From Epiperipatus broadwayi (lineage: Eukaryota; Animalia; Onychophora): a stretch of DNA of 64,000 nt. The translations under genes were made by a program, and so were the position numbers. The stretch covers positions 12,090,001 to 12,154,000 of the forward strand of contig JAQFVV010000002.1 of the NCBI GenBank assembly GCA_028023455.1, read 5' to 3'. Each line of letters begins with the position of its first letter. Within the stretch, counting starts at the first letter, position 1. The notes under the pieces were generated by a model. It made no database searches. It saw nothing but the letters and a program-made list of their open reading frames with translations, and was not told the origin of the DNA. Of this stretch, positions 63,672 through 64,000 are shown piece after piece.

Positions 63672-63723
63672 GCATTAGTGGCCTAGTGGTTAGCATAGCT
63701 GCCTTCCAAGCAGCTGGCCTGGT
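63672..63723 (+). tRNA. 3'-truncated tRNA-Gly(TCC) copy interrupting the LINE
   Basis: GCATTAGTGGCCTAGTGGTTAGCATAGCTGCCTTCCAAGCAGCTGGCCTGGT; anticodon TCC; T arm missing. Confidence 0.75.
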
Positions 63724-63935
63724 CCCCCCCACCAATCATTATAAAAAAAAAAAAAATATTTTTTTTTCAAAAAACCCCCCCCACCCTCTTAAAAAAAAAA
63801 AAAAAAAAATACAAAAAAAAAAAAAGGAAAAAACCAATAAAAACACACCAATTAAAAAAAAAATAAAAAAATTTTTCCCCATAACATTAACAAAAGAACC
63901 CCAAAACCACCAAAAAAAAAAATCAAATTTGTTAC
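63724..63935. repeat. A/C homopolymer-rich low-complexity tract (retro-tail or low-quality sequence)
   Basis: Runs of A, C and T, unlike the rest of the window. Confidence 0.7.
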
Positions 63936-64000
63936 TTTTAGTGAAATGCAGAACAAAGCAAGACTGTTACTCATAACTACAGATGTAAATAATGGCTTCT

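Noticed and set aside
63617-63976. 119 aa Lys-rich ORF
   Set aside because: It is a read-through of LINE, tRNA fragment and homopolymer tract.

Overview
Very AT-rich, CpG-depleted eukaryotic DNA, probably from an animal given the transposon clades; I cannot identify the species. The window is mostly decayed retroelements: RTE-clade LINE fragments, three L1/Tx1-type LINEs (one nearly full length), three 3' ends of another LINE, a Ty3/gypsy (Mag-like) relic with permuted domain order, and several Penelope-like element (PLE) fragments. I could not assemble a host gene; there are only a few isolated candidate exons. The main result is a collection of about 16 minimal type I hammerhead ribozyme (HHR) motifs in four families. 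Each has a palindromic stem III of the dimer-cleaving kind known from PLEs. The families use three different Watson-Crick pairs at core positions 3-8: C-G (families A and B), A-U (family C, just 3' of GIY-YIG ORFs) and U-A (family D). Families A and B are non-coding ~400-450 bp units, partly in tandem (retrozyme-like). They are inserted as two inverted arms, one carrying a short extra tail, between 10-16 bp target-site duplications (TSDs). This architecture explains many of the long palindromes in the window. All structures were folded and aligned by eye, and most individual copies carry inactivating mutations.
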